Below, piece by piece: positions 46,355 to 56,909 of a stretch of 64,000 nt of DNA. Positions within the stretch are counted from its first letter, which is position 1; every line of letters begins with the position of its first letter. Both the position numbers and the translations under genes were made by a program. Below the pieces are notes generated by a model, which worked only from the letters and a program-made list of their open reading frames with translations, did not search any database and was not told where the DNA came from. The DNA is from Bacillota bacterium (GTDB lineage Bacteria > Bacillota > SHA-98 > UBA4971), in NCBI GenBank assembly GCA_040752635.1, contig JBFMGS010000001.1, positions 29,645-93,644 of the forward strand. The letters are read 5' to 3'.

Positions 46355-47692
46355 TTACTTGATGCCGTACTTCTTGTTCAGGGCGACGATTTTGTCGTTG
46401 ATCGCCTGGATGGTCTTATCGACCGGCCTATCCTGGGTCAAGAAGTTGGCCAATGTCTCCCTCAAGAAGCTGCCAAACTCATCAGCCCACACAACGTTGA
46501 ACACGTCATCAGGGTATGGAGTATTAGCGTAGACCTCTAGAACGGCCTTGTAGTCCTCAGACCGAGAAAGGGAGCCTTTCATGCCTTCCTTTGTCTTGGC
46601 GCTTTCCATGACCTCTTTATAGCCGGAGAAAAGCATCGACTCGTCCATCCAACGCTGCCCAACGAAGATCTCTCCCTTATGATCCCGGTATCCATACCAG
46701 GATGCGAAGCGCATGACATCCCGAGTATGAGCGGCACTGCGCTTGCGGTTTGATATTATGTATAGCGCGGAGTCGATAAGTCCCCAGCTCTGGCCCTTAT
46801 AGGGTAGGAGGCTACAGTATCCAGCAAATTTCGAATATCGAGGGTCATTAAACTTCTTGAGATCATACATTTGCTGCGGGCTCATCACATATTCTCCCGA
46901 CCCCCAGGCTTCCAGATAGTCGGATTCACGATACGTGAGCACCTCTTGTGGGACCAAGCCGTCCTTCCAGATGCGTTTCCAATCTCTGAGCGTCTCTCCG
47001 CCCGGCCCGTCCACTGTCAGAAGCGGCTTGTGGGTCACCGGATCTGCCACTCGGCCGCCGCGGTTCATCACCTCAAAGATGAACGCCCAGTTGATTCCAT
47101 ACCACTCGGCGAACCAGTGCGGCAGGAAGGGCTTCTTGAACCCCCTGTCGCGGAGTACGTAGAGCTGGTCATAGAGCTCATCCCATGTAGCGGGGAAATC
47201 AGCATCGGTTAGTCCAGCTTCTTTGTACTTCTTCAGGTTCACATGTATTGCCCCACGTGTGGTGACGAAGTAGGGCAGGCCCAGCAGTTTTCCCTTGTAT
47301 GTCCACGCCTTCAAGAGGTTAGGATACAAGGCAGCCTTAATCTCAGCCGCGTTAGGCATCTCGTCAATAGGCAACACCCAGCCACCATCGAAGTAGCGGC
47401 ATGCCGAAGACGGGTTGCCGTAGAGAATGTCGAGCTGCGCGCCCGTAGCGAGTTGGGTTTCCATAAGCGAGGGATAGTCACCTGTAATGGTGGCATAGTC
47501 CACATTCCCGCCCATCTCTTTGTTGTAACGGGCCACATTATCCTCAACGATGTGGGTTTTGTACTGCCATCCCCGGAAGTAGATTTTCTCCTTGGTCTCC
47601 GGCGCCAACTTAAACTCCGACGCGCTCGTGAGAGTAGTAATTACCAGAGTTAGGACAGCTATCACACATACCACCAAAACCGATCTGCGCAT
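46355..47692 (-). CDS. extracellular solute-binding protein (family 1, sugar)
   Basis: N-terminal signal/anchor, about 445 aa, adjacent to the permeases. Confidence 0.85.
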   Translation of the reverse strand: MRRSVLVVCVIAVLTLVITTLTSASEFKLAPETKEKIYFRGWQYKTHIVEDNVARYNKEMGGNVDYATITGDYPSLMETQLATGAQLDILYGNPSSACRYFDGGWVLPIDEMPNAAEIKAALYPNLLKAWTYKGKLLGLPYFVTTRGAIHVNLKKYKEAGLTDADFPATWDELYDQLYVLRDRGFKKPFLPHWFAEWYGINWAFIFEVMNRGGRVADPVTHKPLLTVDGPGGETLRDWKRIWKDGLVPQEVLTYRESDYLEAWGSGEYVMSPQQMYDLKKFNDPRYSKFAGYCSLLPYKGQSWGLIDSALYIISNRKRSAAHTRDVMRFASWYGYRDHKGEIFVGQRWMDESMLFSGYKEVMESAKTKEGMKGSLSRSEDYKAVLEVYANTPYPDDVFNVVWADEFGSFLRETLANFLTQDRPVDKTIQAINDKIVALNKKYGIK

Positions 47693-47876
47693 GCTTCTTG
47701 TCCTCCTCTCAGTCTTAAGTCTCTGAAGTTCCCGGGAAACGTTGCGCTTGAGTCAACCCACGTACAGGACGCTTTACCTTCCCGTATCCGGTGCTCACCC
47801 CCCCCAGACGCTTCACCTCATCGACCCGTCTCCCGCGGCGATTTCCGGCGTAGCACATCTTCCCGAAATCGTTGCC

Positions 47877-49742
47877 TCACGGATGTAGATCCTTGACTAT
47901 GTCCTCCATGCCGAGCTCCATGAGCTTTGCCCTGGACGGTCTTGCCTCATCGGGGCTCCACCCCATGGCATCGAGGTACTCAGAAAGTACGGTCTCCATA
48001 TCTACAGAGAACCCCGCCGTGGGTCCCTTCTCGAGGGGGGGCAGCCCCAGCGCCCTTGCAGGGAAGGGAGTCGCTATGAGGTTCACCCCTTCTCTTATGT
48101 TGAAAGCTTGCCTCATGTTGGATATCCGTTCTCCAACTCTAACGGCGTCTTCCAAGCCCCATTTGACTCCTGTCACGGCTGTCAGGAACTCGGGTACGCA
48201 ATCCACGTATGTAGAAAGGTACCCGAAAAGGCATACCCCTGAACAGTTGACTACGTTGCACAGACATTCAAGAATCCTTAAAGCCCTGCCTCTCCCCGCT
48301 TGCTCCCCGCGACGCGTACCGAAATCAGGGATGCTGTCGTCAAGACCTGGCGGCTTGCAGAACTGGGAGGCTTGTATATGTTTCCCTGGAAACATCTTAT
48401 AGATGACAGCCATAGCAGGCTCAAACCTGGGGTCATGCATGGCAAGAGCCTCGCCTCTCACGCTGACGGCGAATTCCTCTGCCCCGTTTCCTATGGCGTT
48501 GGCTGCCTTCGCAAGCCCTAAGGAAAGGATCTCTCCCAAGTCTTCTCTCTTGGCAATCTTCTCCGTCAGTTTCACTACAGCTTCAGGATTGCCCCACGAG
48601 AGGTCCAGTCCGCCGCTGTCCTTCTTCGTAATGAGCCCTCTCTCATAGCATTCCATAGCGAACGCAACGATGGCCCCTGCGGAAATGGTGTCAAGTCCGT
48701 AGCTGTTGCAAATGTCATTCGCTTTGATAATGGATTCCACATTAGAGTTCATGCAATTCGACCCGAAGGCTGACATTGTCTCATACTCGGGTTGATGTGC
48801 TTCCTCCACTCTATACGGCCCGTCTCTGATCTTCACTACACCGCCGCACACTATCGGGCATCGCCAGCAACCGTACTTCCTGGTCCTGTAACTGAAAAGC
48901 TTCTCGTGCTCCAGTGATTGTGCAGCTTCCGCGTTGAAGTCTATCGAACCGGCTCCGGCCCAGTTCTTGACAGGGGAATCCCCGTTTACAGCACCGACTG
49001 CCGTGTAGCCTGGCGTACCTATCATGTAAGCTTGCGAAAACCCGACCTTCTCTACTGTGATCTGGTGGAGGTACTTCTTCCTCAGGCGGCTTGCCTCTTC
49101 GGGACATGCTACCGGGACGTCCCTGTCCCCTCGGACAGCGATGGCCTTAACCTTCTTCGAACCCAAGATCGCTCCTAGCCCGAACCGGGCCGCCGCTCTT
49201 CCCTTATCGTGAATGACGCATGAGATCAGGCTGATCTTCTCACCCGCAGGACCTATGCAGGCCACCTGCAGATCCTTGCCGTGTTCCCGCTTGAGAATGT
49301 CCTCCGTCTCATACGTGGTCTTACCCCAGAGGTTAGAAGCGTCCCTCAACTCCGGCTTGCCGTCTTCTATTAGCAGATAGACCGGGGCGTCTGAAACCCC
49401 CGTGAAAAACACCAGGTCGAAGCCGGCTCGCTTGAGCGTCGGTCCGAAATAACCCGCGCCGTTTGCGTCCCCCCACGTTCCAGTAAGAGGGGACTTGCCC
49501 ATCACAGTAAAGCGCGAACCTATCACCGCGGGCGTACCCGTAAGAGGCCCTGTACCAATCCCCACGATGCTCGTGGGGTCAAGGGGATCTGTTCCTGGCT
49601 TCTGCCTGTCATATATCAGACGCATTCCTATGCCGTAGCCGCCCAGATACTCTCGGCACATCTGTTCGTCCATAGGTTCGGTTGCGAGCCTCCTGCTTGA
49701 CAGGTCGACCCATAGCATTTTACCTGCATATCCACCCAACAT
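47877..49742 (-). CDS. aor: tungsten-containing aldehyde:ferredoxin oxidoreductase (AOR family)
   Basis: AOR N-terminal domain (LWVDLS...GGYGIG), [4Fe-4S] Cys ligands (CWRCPIVC) and pterin-binding motifs, 621 aa. Confidence 0.9.
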   Translation of the reverse strand: MLGGYAGKMLWVDLSSRRLATEPMDEQMCREYLGGYGIGMRLIYDRQKPGTDPLDPTSIVGIGTGPLTGTPAVIGSRFTVMGKSPLTGTWGDANGAGYFGPTLKRAGFDLVFFTGVSDAPVYLLIEDGKPELRDASNLWGKTTYETEDILKREHGKDLQVACIGPAGEKISLISCVIHDKGRAAARFGLGAILGSKKVKAIAVRGDRDVPVACPEEASRLRKKYLHQITVEKVGFSQAYMIGTPGYTAVGAVNGDSPVKNWAGAGSIDFNAEAAQSLEHEKLFSYRTRKYGCWRCPIVCGGVVKIRDGPYRVEEAHQPEYETMSAFGSNCMNSNVESIIKANDICNSYGLDTISAGAIVAFAMECYERGLITKKDSGGLDLSWGNPEAVVKLTEKIAKREDLGEILSLGLAKAANAIGNGAEEFAVSVRGEALAMHDPRFEPAMAVIYKMFPGKHIQASQFCKPPGLDDSIPDFGTRRGEQAGRGRALRILECLCNVVNCSGVCLFGYLSTYVDCVPEFLTAVTGVKWGLEDAVRVGERISNMRQAFNIREGVNLIATPFPARALGLPPLEKGPTAGFSVDMETVLSEYLDAMGWSPDEARPSRAKLMELGMEDIVKDLHP

Positions 49743-49852
49743 CAGAGGACTCTCCCTCCTCGCCTTAACACACCAGTCTCTGAAGCAGACTGATTGACGG
49801 CACCCTCTCTCTTTGCAGGGTCAGAGATACTCCTTCCCTGGGACCCTCCCTG

Positions 49853-50863
49853 TCAGCGGAGCATAACCGGTTGACCCTTCTCTATCGAAGCGAATATCGC
49901 GTCTATTATCCGTACGGCTTCGACTGCATCTTCGGTGGGGACGATGAACTCCTTGTCATTCATGATCGCGTCTGCAAAGTGCTCAAGTTCGTCGCGTAAA
50001 TCCCCGGTGATCCTGCCGTTCACCTCCGGCCAATGGAGAGTGTCCGGAAACACCGCTGTGTGTTCAGTGTAAATGCTCAGGCCCTGGCCAAAGATTTCCA
50101 CATATCCTGCCCCTTTTGTTCCGACGAATTCTGCAGTCGCGTAGATACCCGTGGGCAGGGTGATGGGCAGTGCCCAGCTCAGTTCGAGACACCCGATAGC
50201 ACCATTGGCGAAGGTCAGGACTGCATAGACTGTGTCCTCGCAACCTCTCTCCTTATTCACTTTGGAGACCTTCTGAGCATACACTTTGTCGACTTCACTG
50301 CCGACGTACCATCTCATAATATCGATGTCGTGGACCCCGAGGTACCGGACAATCGATATGCGGCCATTAAGTCTCGCTGCACTGTTCCAAGGGTTGTTCC
50401 TTCTGATCCTGACGTGGACGGCTTCCCCAAGGTCGCCTCTCGCGATCGAATCGTGGAGCTGCACATATCGAGGATCAAACCTCAAAACGTGGGCCACCAT
50501 CAGCCGCACTCCTGATTCCATTGCGGCTTTCATGATCGCGGTTGCCTCCTTGTGTGTGTTCGCTATGGGCTTCTCAATGAGGATGTGCTTCCGCGCCTTG
50601 GCCGCCGCTATCGCGGTATCCACGTGGTATTCCTCAGGAACGCATATGTCTATGGCTTGTACGTTCTGATCCTGCAGCATCTGAGCATAGTCCGTATAAC
50701 ACTTGCAGTTGTACCTTTGGGCGATTTCCGTTGCCCGGTCGGCGTTAACATCAGCCACCGCAACCAAGTTGCCATTTGGGACCTCGCTCCATATCCTTGA
50801 GTGGAGCTCACCTATAAAGCCTAAACCCAGCACACCAACGTTGAGAGCCCTAACTTGTTTCAC
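49853..50863 (-). CDS. Gfo/Idh/MocA family NAD(P)-dependent oxidoreductase
   Basis: Rossmann GVLGLGFIG and an EKP motif (ILIEKPIA). Confidence 0.85.
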   Translation of the reverse strand: MKQVRALNVGVLGLGFIGELHSRIWSEVPNGNLVAVADVNADRATEIAQRYNCKCYTDYAQMLQDQNVQAIDICVPEEYHVDTAIAAAKARKHILIEKPIANTHKEATAIMKAAMESGVRLMVAHVLRFDPRYVQLHDSIARGDLGEAVHVRIRRNNPWNSAARLNGRISIVRYLGVHDIDIMRWYVGSEVDKVYAQKVSKVNKERGCEDTVYAVLTFANGAIGCLELSWALPITLPTGIYATAEFVGTKGAGYVEIFGQGLSIYTEHTAVFPDTLHWPEVNGRITGDLRDELEHFADAIMNDKEFIVPTEDAVEAVRIIDAIFASIEKGQPVMLR

Positions 50864-51230
50864 ATTGCGCCCCCCTTAATCCTTGTGGTAAGTTAAGTGC
50901 TGTTGCGCCACACAGAACGTTGTCTCCCGGAGTGGTACAACAGTGTTCGCCACTGCTTCTTAAAATCCTCCTCGCACGTCAAACCTAACCCAACGTTTCT
51001 CAGATGTCCACACATGGTAGCGGTCGGTGCCGTTATTAGGGCAAACACAGCACATACCTCGCATGTCTAGGTGGGTCTCCGCCGCAAACACACCCGGCAG
51101 ACTAGCTCCTTCAACCCTCGACTAACGGAATGCGAGTCTAGCATTCACCGATGCAGAGTGTCGCGCTATGCGGAACGGAGGTGTCTGGCTACCGAACTGA
51201 CCTTGTACCAGATCGCTTCATTACCACCAT

Positions 51231-52040
51231 CTACGCTCTCAACGCCGCCACCGCGTTTTTCATCGCGGTGTATATCATCCCAACGTCAACTGAAAAGGAG
51301 ATGAATTGCACCCCGAGATCTCTCCATCTTCTGGCGCTGCTGACATCATCAGCAAATGTGCCTACTGCGCATCCCCGGGAGCGAGCTTCCTCAACTACGC
51401 GTTCCACCTCTCTTGTCACACGCGGACTGTCTACTTGTCCGGGCACACCCAGCGACTGTGACAGGTCATACGGGCCCACGAATATGACATCGATTCCAGG
51501 CACTGAGAGTATCTCGTCGAGGTGAGCAACCCCCTCCCGACCCTCCACCATGGCGACGACAAGGGTGTTCTCGTTGGCCTCCTCAAAGTACCTGTACTTG
51601 TCGGCATGTGAGAACCTAGCAGCCCTCACGTAACAACAGACTCCCCGCCGTCCCTCTGGGGCAAAACGGGCTGCCTGTGACAGGGTCGCGGCTTCCTCTC
51701 GGCTCGAGATATGGGGAACAAGGATACCCTGGGCACCAACATCCAGGCAACGACTCACCAGAGGGGGGCTGTTCTCATATACCCTGACAATGGCTGCTAT
51801 GCCGACCCGCTCAGCCGCGCGTGTAAGGTTCTCAACAGTCTCAAAGGTCAACGGGCCATGCTCTGTATCGAAGATTACAAAGTCAAATCCGGCATACCCG
51901 GCAATCTCCACAACCTGAGGCGAAGCAAGTTTCATAAAAGGTCCGAAGATTACGTCCCCATCCTTGATCCGCTGTCGCAGCCCCTTCACCGGTTCCGGTT
52001 CATTCCACCGAGGCTGGGTCGCGTCAAAGTCAGCTGACAT
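51231..52040 (-). CDS. HpcH/HpaI family 2-keto-3-deoxy-acid aldolase
   Basis: Class II aldolase TIM-barrel family, about 270 aa. The start is set at MSADFD. Confidence 0.75.
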   Translation of the reverse strand: MSADFDATQPRWNEPEPVKGLRQRIKDGDVIFGPFMKLASPQVVEIAGYAGFDFVIFDTEHGPLTFETVENLTRAAERVGIAAIVRVYENSPPLVSRCLDVGAQGILVPHISSREEAATLSQAARFAPEGRRGVCCYVRAARFSHADKYRYFEEANENTLVVAMVEGREGVAHLDEILSVPGIDVIFVGPYDLSQSLGVPGQVDSPRVTREVERVVEEARSRGCAVGTFADDVSSARRWRDLGVQFISFSVDVGMIYTAMKNAVAALRA

Positions 52041-52518
52041 CGCATCCACACCCCCCTTTATGCTCAGGGTCGAACCTGACTGCAGGGGCAACCGGAAGTT
52101 TCCCAGTATCAAACTCAGTCGTGCCTTTCTTGAGAAGTACCATAACCTTTGCAGGGACGTCGATTCCTACGGCAGCTCCATGCCACACGTTAGCACTGAC
52201 AATAATCGCTTCTCCCTGACTTACCTTAGAGAATCTTACCGCGCCGCCCTCCAGATCAAGCGCCGTGGGAACGGCCACGCTGCCGCTAAAGACTGCATAC
52301 AGTTGCGGACTTCGCTCATGCATCTCCAGTTTCTCATACGTCTTTTTTGTGTCCTCCACTAGGATGCTCTTGACCTCAAACTCATCCCCGTCAACTGCGC
52401 CTGAGAACACTCCAAGAGCCCATGCCGTTTTCACCTCATCGGGGCCCTCAGCAACGCTTTCAGGCATCCGATACCTCTTTGTGCACTCTTCCAAGGTCCT
52501 GGCTGATCTGCTGTTCAT
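52030..52518 (-). CDS. cupin-fold protein, ureidoglycolate lyase (AllA)-like
   Basis: About 160 aa with an LEMHERSPQLY region resembling the AllA family. This is a weak assignment, and the start may be the internal MPESVAEG. Confidence 0.4.
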   Translation of the reverse strand: MNSRSARTLEECTKRYRMPESVAEGPDEVKTAWALGVFSGAVDGDEFEVKSILVEDTKKTYEKLEMHERSPQLYAVFSGSVAVPTALDLEGGAVRFSKVSQGEAIIVSANVWHGAAVGIDVPAKVMVLLKKGTTEFDTGKLPVAPAVRFDPEHKGGCGCDVS

Positions 52519-52601
52519 ACTCGGGTCACCCTTCCCTCAACGCTGCTAATGCTCTACGGAACACACGAGCAGCTTCCAGTCCAAGCTCTCCGGCACCCGC
52601 C

Positions 52602-53735
52602 TCAAGCACCGACTCTGAACCCGATAGCTTTGAGCCACTGTTCCAACCCATACAAAACAGGCACAACTCTGGTCATTTTGGCACCTGGTCCCATGTGGCC
52701 CACCCTTATGGTTTTGCCCGCCAGCTTACTCAGGCCGCCTGCTACCTGTATTCCATAGTTCCTGCATAAGAATGAGACAAACTCAGTATCTTCGCGGCCC
52801 TCAGGCGGCAAGAACACGGTCAGTATACCTGACGCCTCGTCATCCTTGCCCATAACCTGTAGACCCAGATTGCGAACACCCTCCCGGAACGCTTGACCGA
52901 CGGTCTTATGCCGCGTAAAGCGAGGCTGCAAACCCTCGTGCAGAATTCGCTCCATGCTCTTGCGTAAGGCAAGCACGTTGTTCACTGCCATGGTTATGAA
53001 GTACGGTTGGAAATGCTTGCCTACTTCAGCGGCGTCCTTCCACTTGAGAAGATTGAGATACCATCCGTGCACTGGCTTCTTGCGAGCCTTCATGTGGCCC
53101 CAAGCCCTGTCGCTCACTGACACCAAGGCGAGTCCGGGCGGTGCTTCAAGGCACTTCTGGGAAGCTGCTATACAAACATCAACTCCCCATTCGTCAACTC
53201 TGAGATCCATTCCCCCTATGGATGATACCGCGTCAACGGCGAGCAGCGCGTCTCGCTCCCGGCAGATCTTTGCTATCTCTCTGACCGGGTTGGCAAGTCC
53301 GGTTGACGTCTCGTTATGCACCAGCGCCACGACTTTCACGGTGGGATGGCTGGCAAGAGCACGTTCCACCTGCTCAGGTTCTACCGTTTTACCCCATTCC
53401 ACTTCGATAAGATGGACTTCTGCCTGGTGCGAAGCAGCCAGTTCGGCGATGCGACGGCCGAAATGGCCGGTTTCGACAACAATTGCCCCTTCCCCGGGTT
53501 CAAGTAGGCTGCACATCGCAGCTTCCACACCTGAGTGCCCTGAGCCTACGTTGATGAACAAATCTGAACGGGTTTGAAAGATCTGTTTTGCCAGGTCTAT
53601 AGTCTCCAGGTACAACTCCACCCAGTCCGCACCGTAATGAGCAACTACCGGAGACGCCATTTCCAGCAACACTTCGCCGTCTACTGCAACAGGCCCGGGG
53701 ATCATCAGATCACAAGTTTTCTTGTGGGCACCCAT
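52602..53735 (-). CDS. class V aminotransferase (alanine/serine--glyoxylate or 2-aminoethylphosphonate--pyruvate transaminase-like)
   Basis: AGXT-like fold with the PLP lysine region SQKCLEAPPG, 377 aa. Confidence 0.8.
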   Translation of the reverse strand: MGAHKKTCDLMIPGPVAVDGEVLLEMASPVVAHYGADWVELYLETIDLAKQIFQTRSDLFINVGSGHSGVEAAMCSLLEPGEGAIVVETGHFGRRIAELAASHQAEVHLIEVEWGKTVEPEQVERALASHPTVKVVALVHNETSTGLANPVREIAKICRERDALLAVDAVSSIGGMDLRVDEWGVDVCIAASQKCLEAPPGLALVSVSDRAWGHMKARKKPVHGWYLNLLKWKDAAEVGKHFQPYFITMAVNNVLALRKSMERILHEGLQPRFTRHKTVGQAFREGVRNLGLQVMGKDDEASGILTVFLPPEGREDTEFVSFLCRNYGIQVAGGLSKLAGKTIRVGHMGPGAKMTRVVPVLYGLEQWLKAIGFRVGA

Positions 53736-53806
53736 GATGCCATAGCCTCCCTGATCTTCGGCTCACGAGGTCACGCCGACTGCAACGCCCGACCCTCCCC
53801 AGATTT

Positions 53807-54832
53807 CTACCTCTGAACCCGCCCGGAGGCGTCACCTCCTACGAGAGTATTAACCTCGGGTATGCTAACCAGGTTAAAGTCACCCACTATGGAGTGCTTG
53901 AGGCAGGATGCCGCACTGGCAAACTCCACGGCGTCCTGGGGAGCCTTGCCAGTTACTAGAGCATATATCAGCCCCCCGGCAAATGCGTCTCCACTTCCAA
54001 CCCGATCCACAATGTGGACGTTGCGCTTCGCCGATATGTAAAAGTCATGGCCGTCATAGAGCATGGCGGACCACCTGTTGTCCGATGCTGACAGACTCTC
54101 CCTGAGAGTTATGGCCACTTTTTCGAACCCAAACCTTTCACACAGTTCACGTGCGACCTCGCGGTAACCTTCTTCGTGGAGTTCCCCCCGAGTGACATCG
54201 GATGCTCTGGCCTTTATTCCGAACACCTTTTCGGCATCCTCCTCATTCCCGATGGCTATGTCCACATACTGCATGAGCCCAGTCATGACCTTGTTGGCTT
54301 TCTCAGGGGACCACAGGTTCTTGCGGTAGTTGAGATCGCAGCTAACTTTTACACCTTTGGCCTTCGCAGCCTTTACAGCCTCGAGCGTCACGGATGCAAC
54401 GCTGTCGCCTAGTGCGGGCGTAATGCCCGTAAAATGAAACCAATGGACTCCCTCAAAGATCTTTGGCCAGTCAAACTCGCCCGGCTGAACCTGGGAGATG
54501 GACGAGTACGCCCGGTCGTATATCACCTTTGACGCTCTCTGGGAGGCCCCAGTTTCGCAGAAGTAGATTCCCAGTCTCGCGCCGCCGCGCAGTATAAAGT
54601 CGGTATGTACACCCAACCTGCGGAGCGCGTTCACGGCGCACTGACCGATTTCGTGAGCCGGAACCTTCGTCACGAAATATGCATCAAGCCCGTAGTTGGC
54701 AAGGGAAACCGCGACGTTAGCTTCGCCCCCTCCATATATGGCATCAAACGATGAAGCTTGCACAAACCTCTGGTAACCCGGTGGCGATAGCCTCAACATA
54801 ATCTCTCCAAAAGTCACGATCCTGGAACTCAT
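53807..54832 (-). CDS. kdgK: 2-dehydro-3-deoxygluconokinase (PfkB family)
   Basis: PfkB motifs GGGEANVAV and DRVGSGDAFAGG. Confidence 0.85.
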   Translation of the reverse strand: MSSRIVTFGEIMLRLSPPGYQRFVQASSFDAIYGGGEANVAVSLANYGLDAYFVTKVPAHEIGQCAVNALRRLGVHTDFILRGGARLGIYFCETGASQRASKVIYDRAYSSISQVQPGEFDWPKIFEGVHWFHFTGITPALGDSVASVTLEAVKAAKAKGVKVSCDLNYRKNLWSPEKANKVMTGLMQYVDIAIGNEEDAEKVFGIKARASDVTRGELHEEGYREVARELCERFGFEKVAITLRESLSASDNRWSAMLYDGHDFYISAKRNVHIVDRVGSGDAFAGGLIYALVTGKAPQDAVEFASAASCLKHSIVGDFNLVSIPEVNTLVGGDASGRVQR

Positions 54833-54970
54833 GCTAAATCCCTCCACAAGAGGCTTCTTCTACACCTACAACTGTAAGGTGATAGAGCCAATACGCAGTT
54901 GCGTCCTGGAGGCAGAGCCCCCTTGATCTAGCCTACACCGGCTGTTCCTCAACGCCCGTCGAGACCCGCG

Positions 54971-55615
54971 TCAGTTCCTCGCCACTCTAGCAGCCTCGAC
55001 GTACTTTGCTGCGAGTTCGCTGAGCCCTACCCAATTCTCCTCCGCCACCAGCTTCTTGTCTACAAGAGCCGTTCCCACTCCAACGAAGACCGCTCCGGCT
55101 TTCAAGAACTCTCCTAGATTCTCAAGGGTAACCCCACCGGTAGGGGTAAGCCTGACATGAGGCAGGGGGCCCAGGACATCCCTGATAAATGATGGGCCCA
55201 GCTTTGTCGCAGGAAATATCTTCACTACATCAGCTCCGGCTTCCCATGCAGTCAGGATCTCCGTCGGTGTGAACGCGCCCGGGATAACAATCTTGCTGTA
55301 GCGCTTGCAGAGTTTGATTACCCCCAGGTTCAGGATTGGACTTACAATAAAATCGGCACCCGCCAGCATCGCAGCGCGAGCCGTCTCAGGATCTAGAACC
55401 GAGCCCGCCCCTATGATTGCTTTGCCCTTCAGGATCTTGGAAGCTTCGTATATGGCCTCTATGGCGCCCGGGGAGGTCATCGTTATCTCGACGCCCATCA
55501 CGCCTCCGTCGGCCATGGCTTTGCAGATGCCGACGAGTTCTTGCGCGCTTTTCGTCCTGATGACCGCGACTACTCCGGAGTCAACGATTGCCTTCAACTG
55601 TTCATCCTTGTTCAC
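54971..55615 (-). CDS. eda: 2-dehydro-3-deoxyphosphogluconate (KDPG) / 4-hydroxy-2-oxoglutarate aldolase
   Basis: Eda family (VIRT...GADFIVSP...KIFPA). It has a GTG start with a GGAGGG RBS. Confidence 0.85.
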   Translation of the reverse strand: MNKDEQLKAIVDSGVVAVIRTKSAQELVGICKAMADGGVMGVEITMTSPGAIEAIYEASKILKGKAIIGAGSVLDPETARAAMLAGADFIVSPILNLGVIKLCKRYSKIVIPGAFTPTEILTAWEAGADVVKIFPATKLGPSFIRDVLGPLPHVRLTPTGGVTLENLGEFLKAGAVFVGVGTALVDKKLVAEENWVGLSELAAKYVEAARVARN

Positions 55616-56778
55616 CGTAAGTCCCTCCAGTTTGCAGCATTCCCGACGACACAAGCACACACGTAAACCGACGCGCGACACTTAGGCCGACTGTTGCGTT
55701 CGGCGCAACGCAGTTGTTCTGGTACATATGGATTCGGCGTTTCTCGCAGAACTCCTCCTAACACGCGAGAGTTTATCTTCTTTTTTCGAATATCTACGGC
55801 TCCAATGCGACGAAAGGACATGGAAACTATGTCTAAGTCTAACTGCGGCGTAAGAAGAACATCGCCTCAGCCGGCTGGAAGGAAGTCTTCGGTTTCCTTC
55901 TCGCGGATAGCCACGTGGTGGCTAGCTGCCGATGTCTTGCGCAGATGGAGCAAGTGGGGTCAGCTCCGCAGTTTAGGCGCTTGACGCCGCGGTTCATAGC
56001 TCCATGCAGGTGTTTGAATCCCACAACGCTGTGGGCACTGCTCAAACGCTGTGGAACTGCGCATAAGGAGCAAGCCAAGTCTGGACACCTCACAGTTCAG
56101 GTGAATGGGAACCTCATACTCCTGCCGGTCACCTGGCCACCCATTGTAGGACGGTTACCGCGGTATCTGCACAGAAGAGCGGCGATTGAGCACGGGTGAA
56201 AACCGCCTGCCTTCGGCCTGTGTCTGTTGTTAGGCCAGATGGAGAGCACCCGCTGAAAGTCCCTATTCAAGAGGTGACGCCATTCCAGACAGCGTGTCCC
56301 ACGCCGCTCACAGCAGTGTCCTCAAGCGCGAGTACCTGCGCAAACACAAGGCGACTGGTGCAACTTCAACCACCGGGAGTAATGCCAAATGAAGTGAAAC
56401 GTAACCATGACTGGCAGGGAACCTTAAGACCCCTCTGGAATACCCAGGGAGGCAAATCAACCCGGAAGTCACCGGGTTTGGGACAAGACCCTCCGCCAGA
56501 TCCACTCACGGGGCCCGGTCACGAGGAAGCCGTAACGTACTCTCAGGATCTACGACGGCAAACGAATCGATTCAGCATGAGTGTTAGGAGATGTCATGCG
56601 TCGCTTCACTCCGGCTACTGCCTGTGTATCAGCCGAAATCGCTGATCGGCACACTCCAGCAATTACTAGTCGATTTCAGCAGAACAATCATCTAGGAGGG
56701 AGCAATGGTGTTGTATGACTTTAGCTGAGAGATGTCGGACGGTACAGGGATTCTCTGCAAGATGATGGTGGAACATGG

Positions 56779-56806
56779 TTGCATTGAGCGGAACTCGTGC
56801 TATATT
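56779..56806 (+). promoter_or_regulatory. candidate sigma-A promoter (TTGCAT-16-TATATT) for the IclR regulator gene
   Basis: Seen in sequence about 100 nt upstream of the ATG at 56910. Confidence 0.35.
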
Positions 56807-56909
56807 ATACATGGTAGCCGAGGTCTTTGCTGCAAGAACCGAAAACTGCATGCTCGTGGGTTGCGAATTGTCGCCCAAGACATTCCGCACACGGCAAGGA
56901 GGCAGTCCC

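Noticed and set aside
55616-56909. RNase P RNA or group II intron in the long eda-iclR spacer
   Set aside because: GCUGAAAGUCCC and ACAGAAGAGCGGCGAUU superficially resemble P4 strands, but they occur in the wrong order and without the CR-II/CR-III motifs. There is no group II domain V (AGC…GNRA…ACGUACGG) and no GUGCG 5' end. I left it as an unexplained non-coding region rather than an RNA gene.
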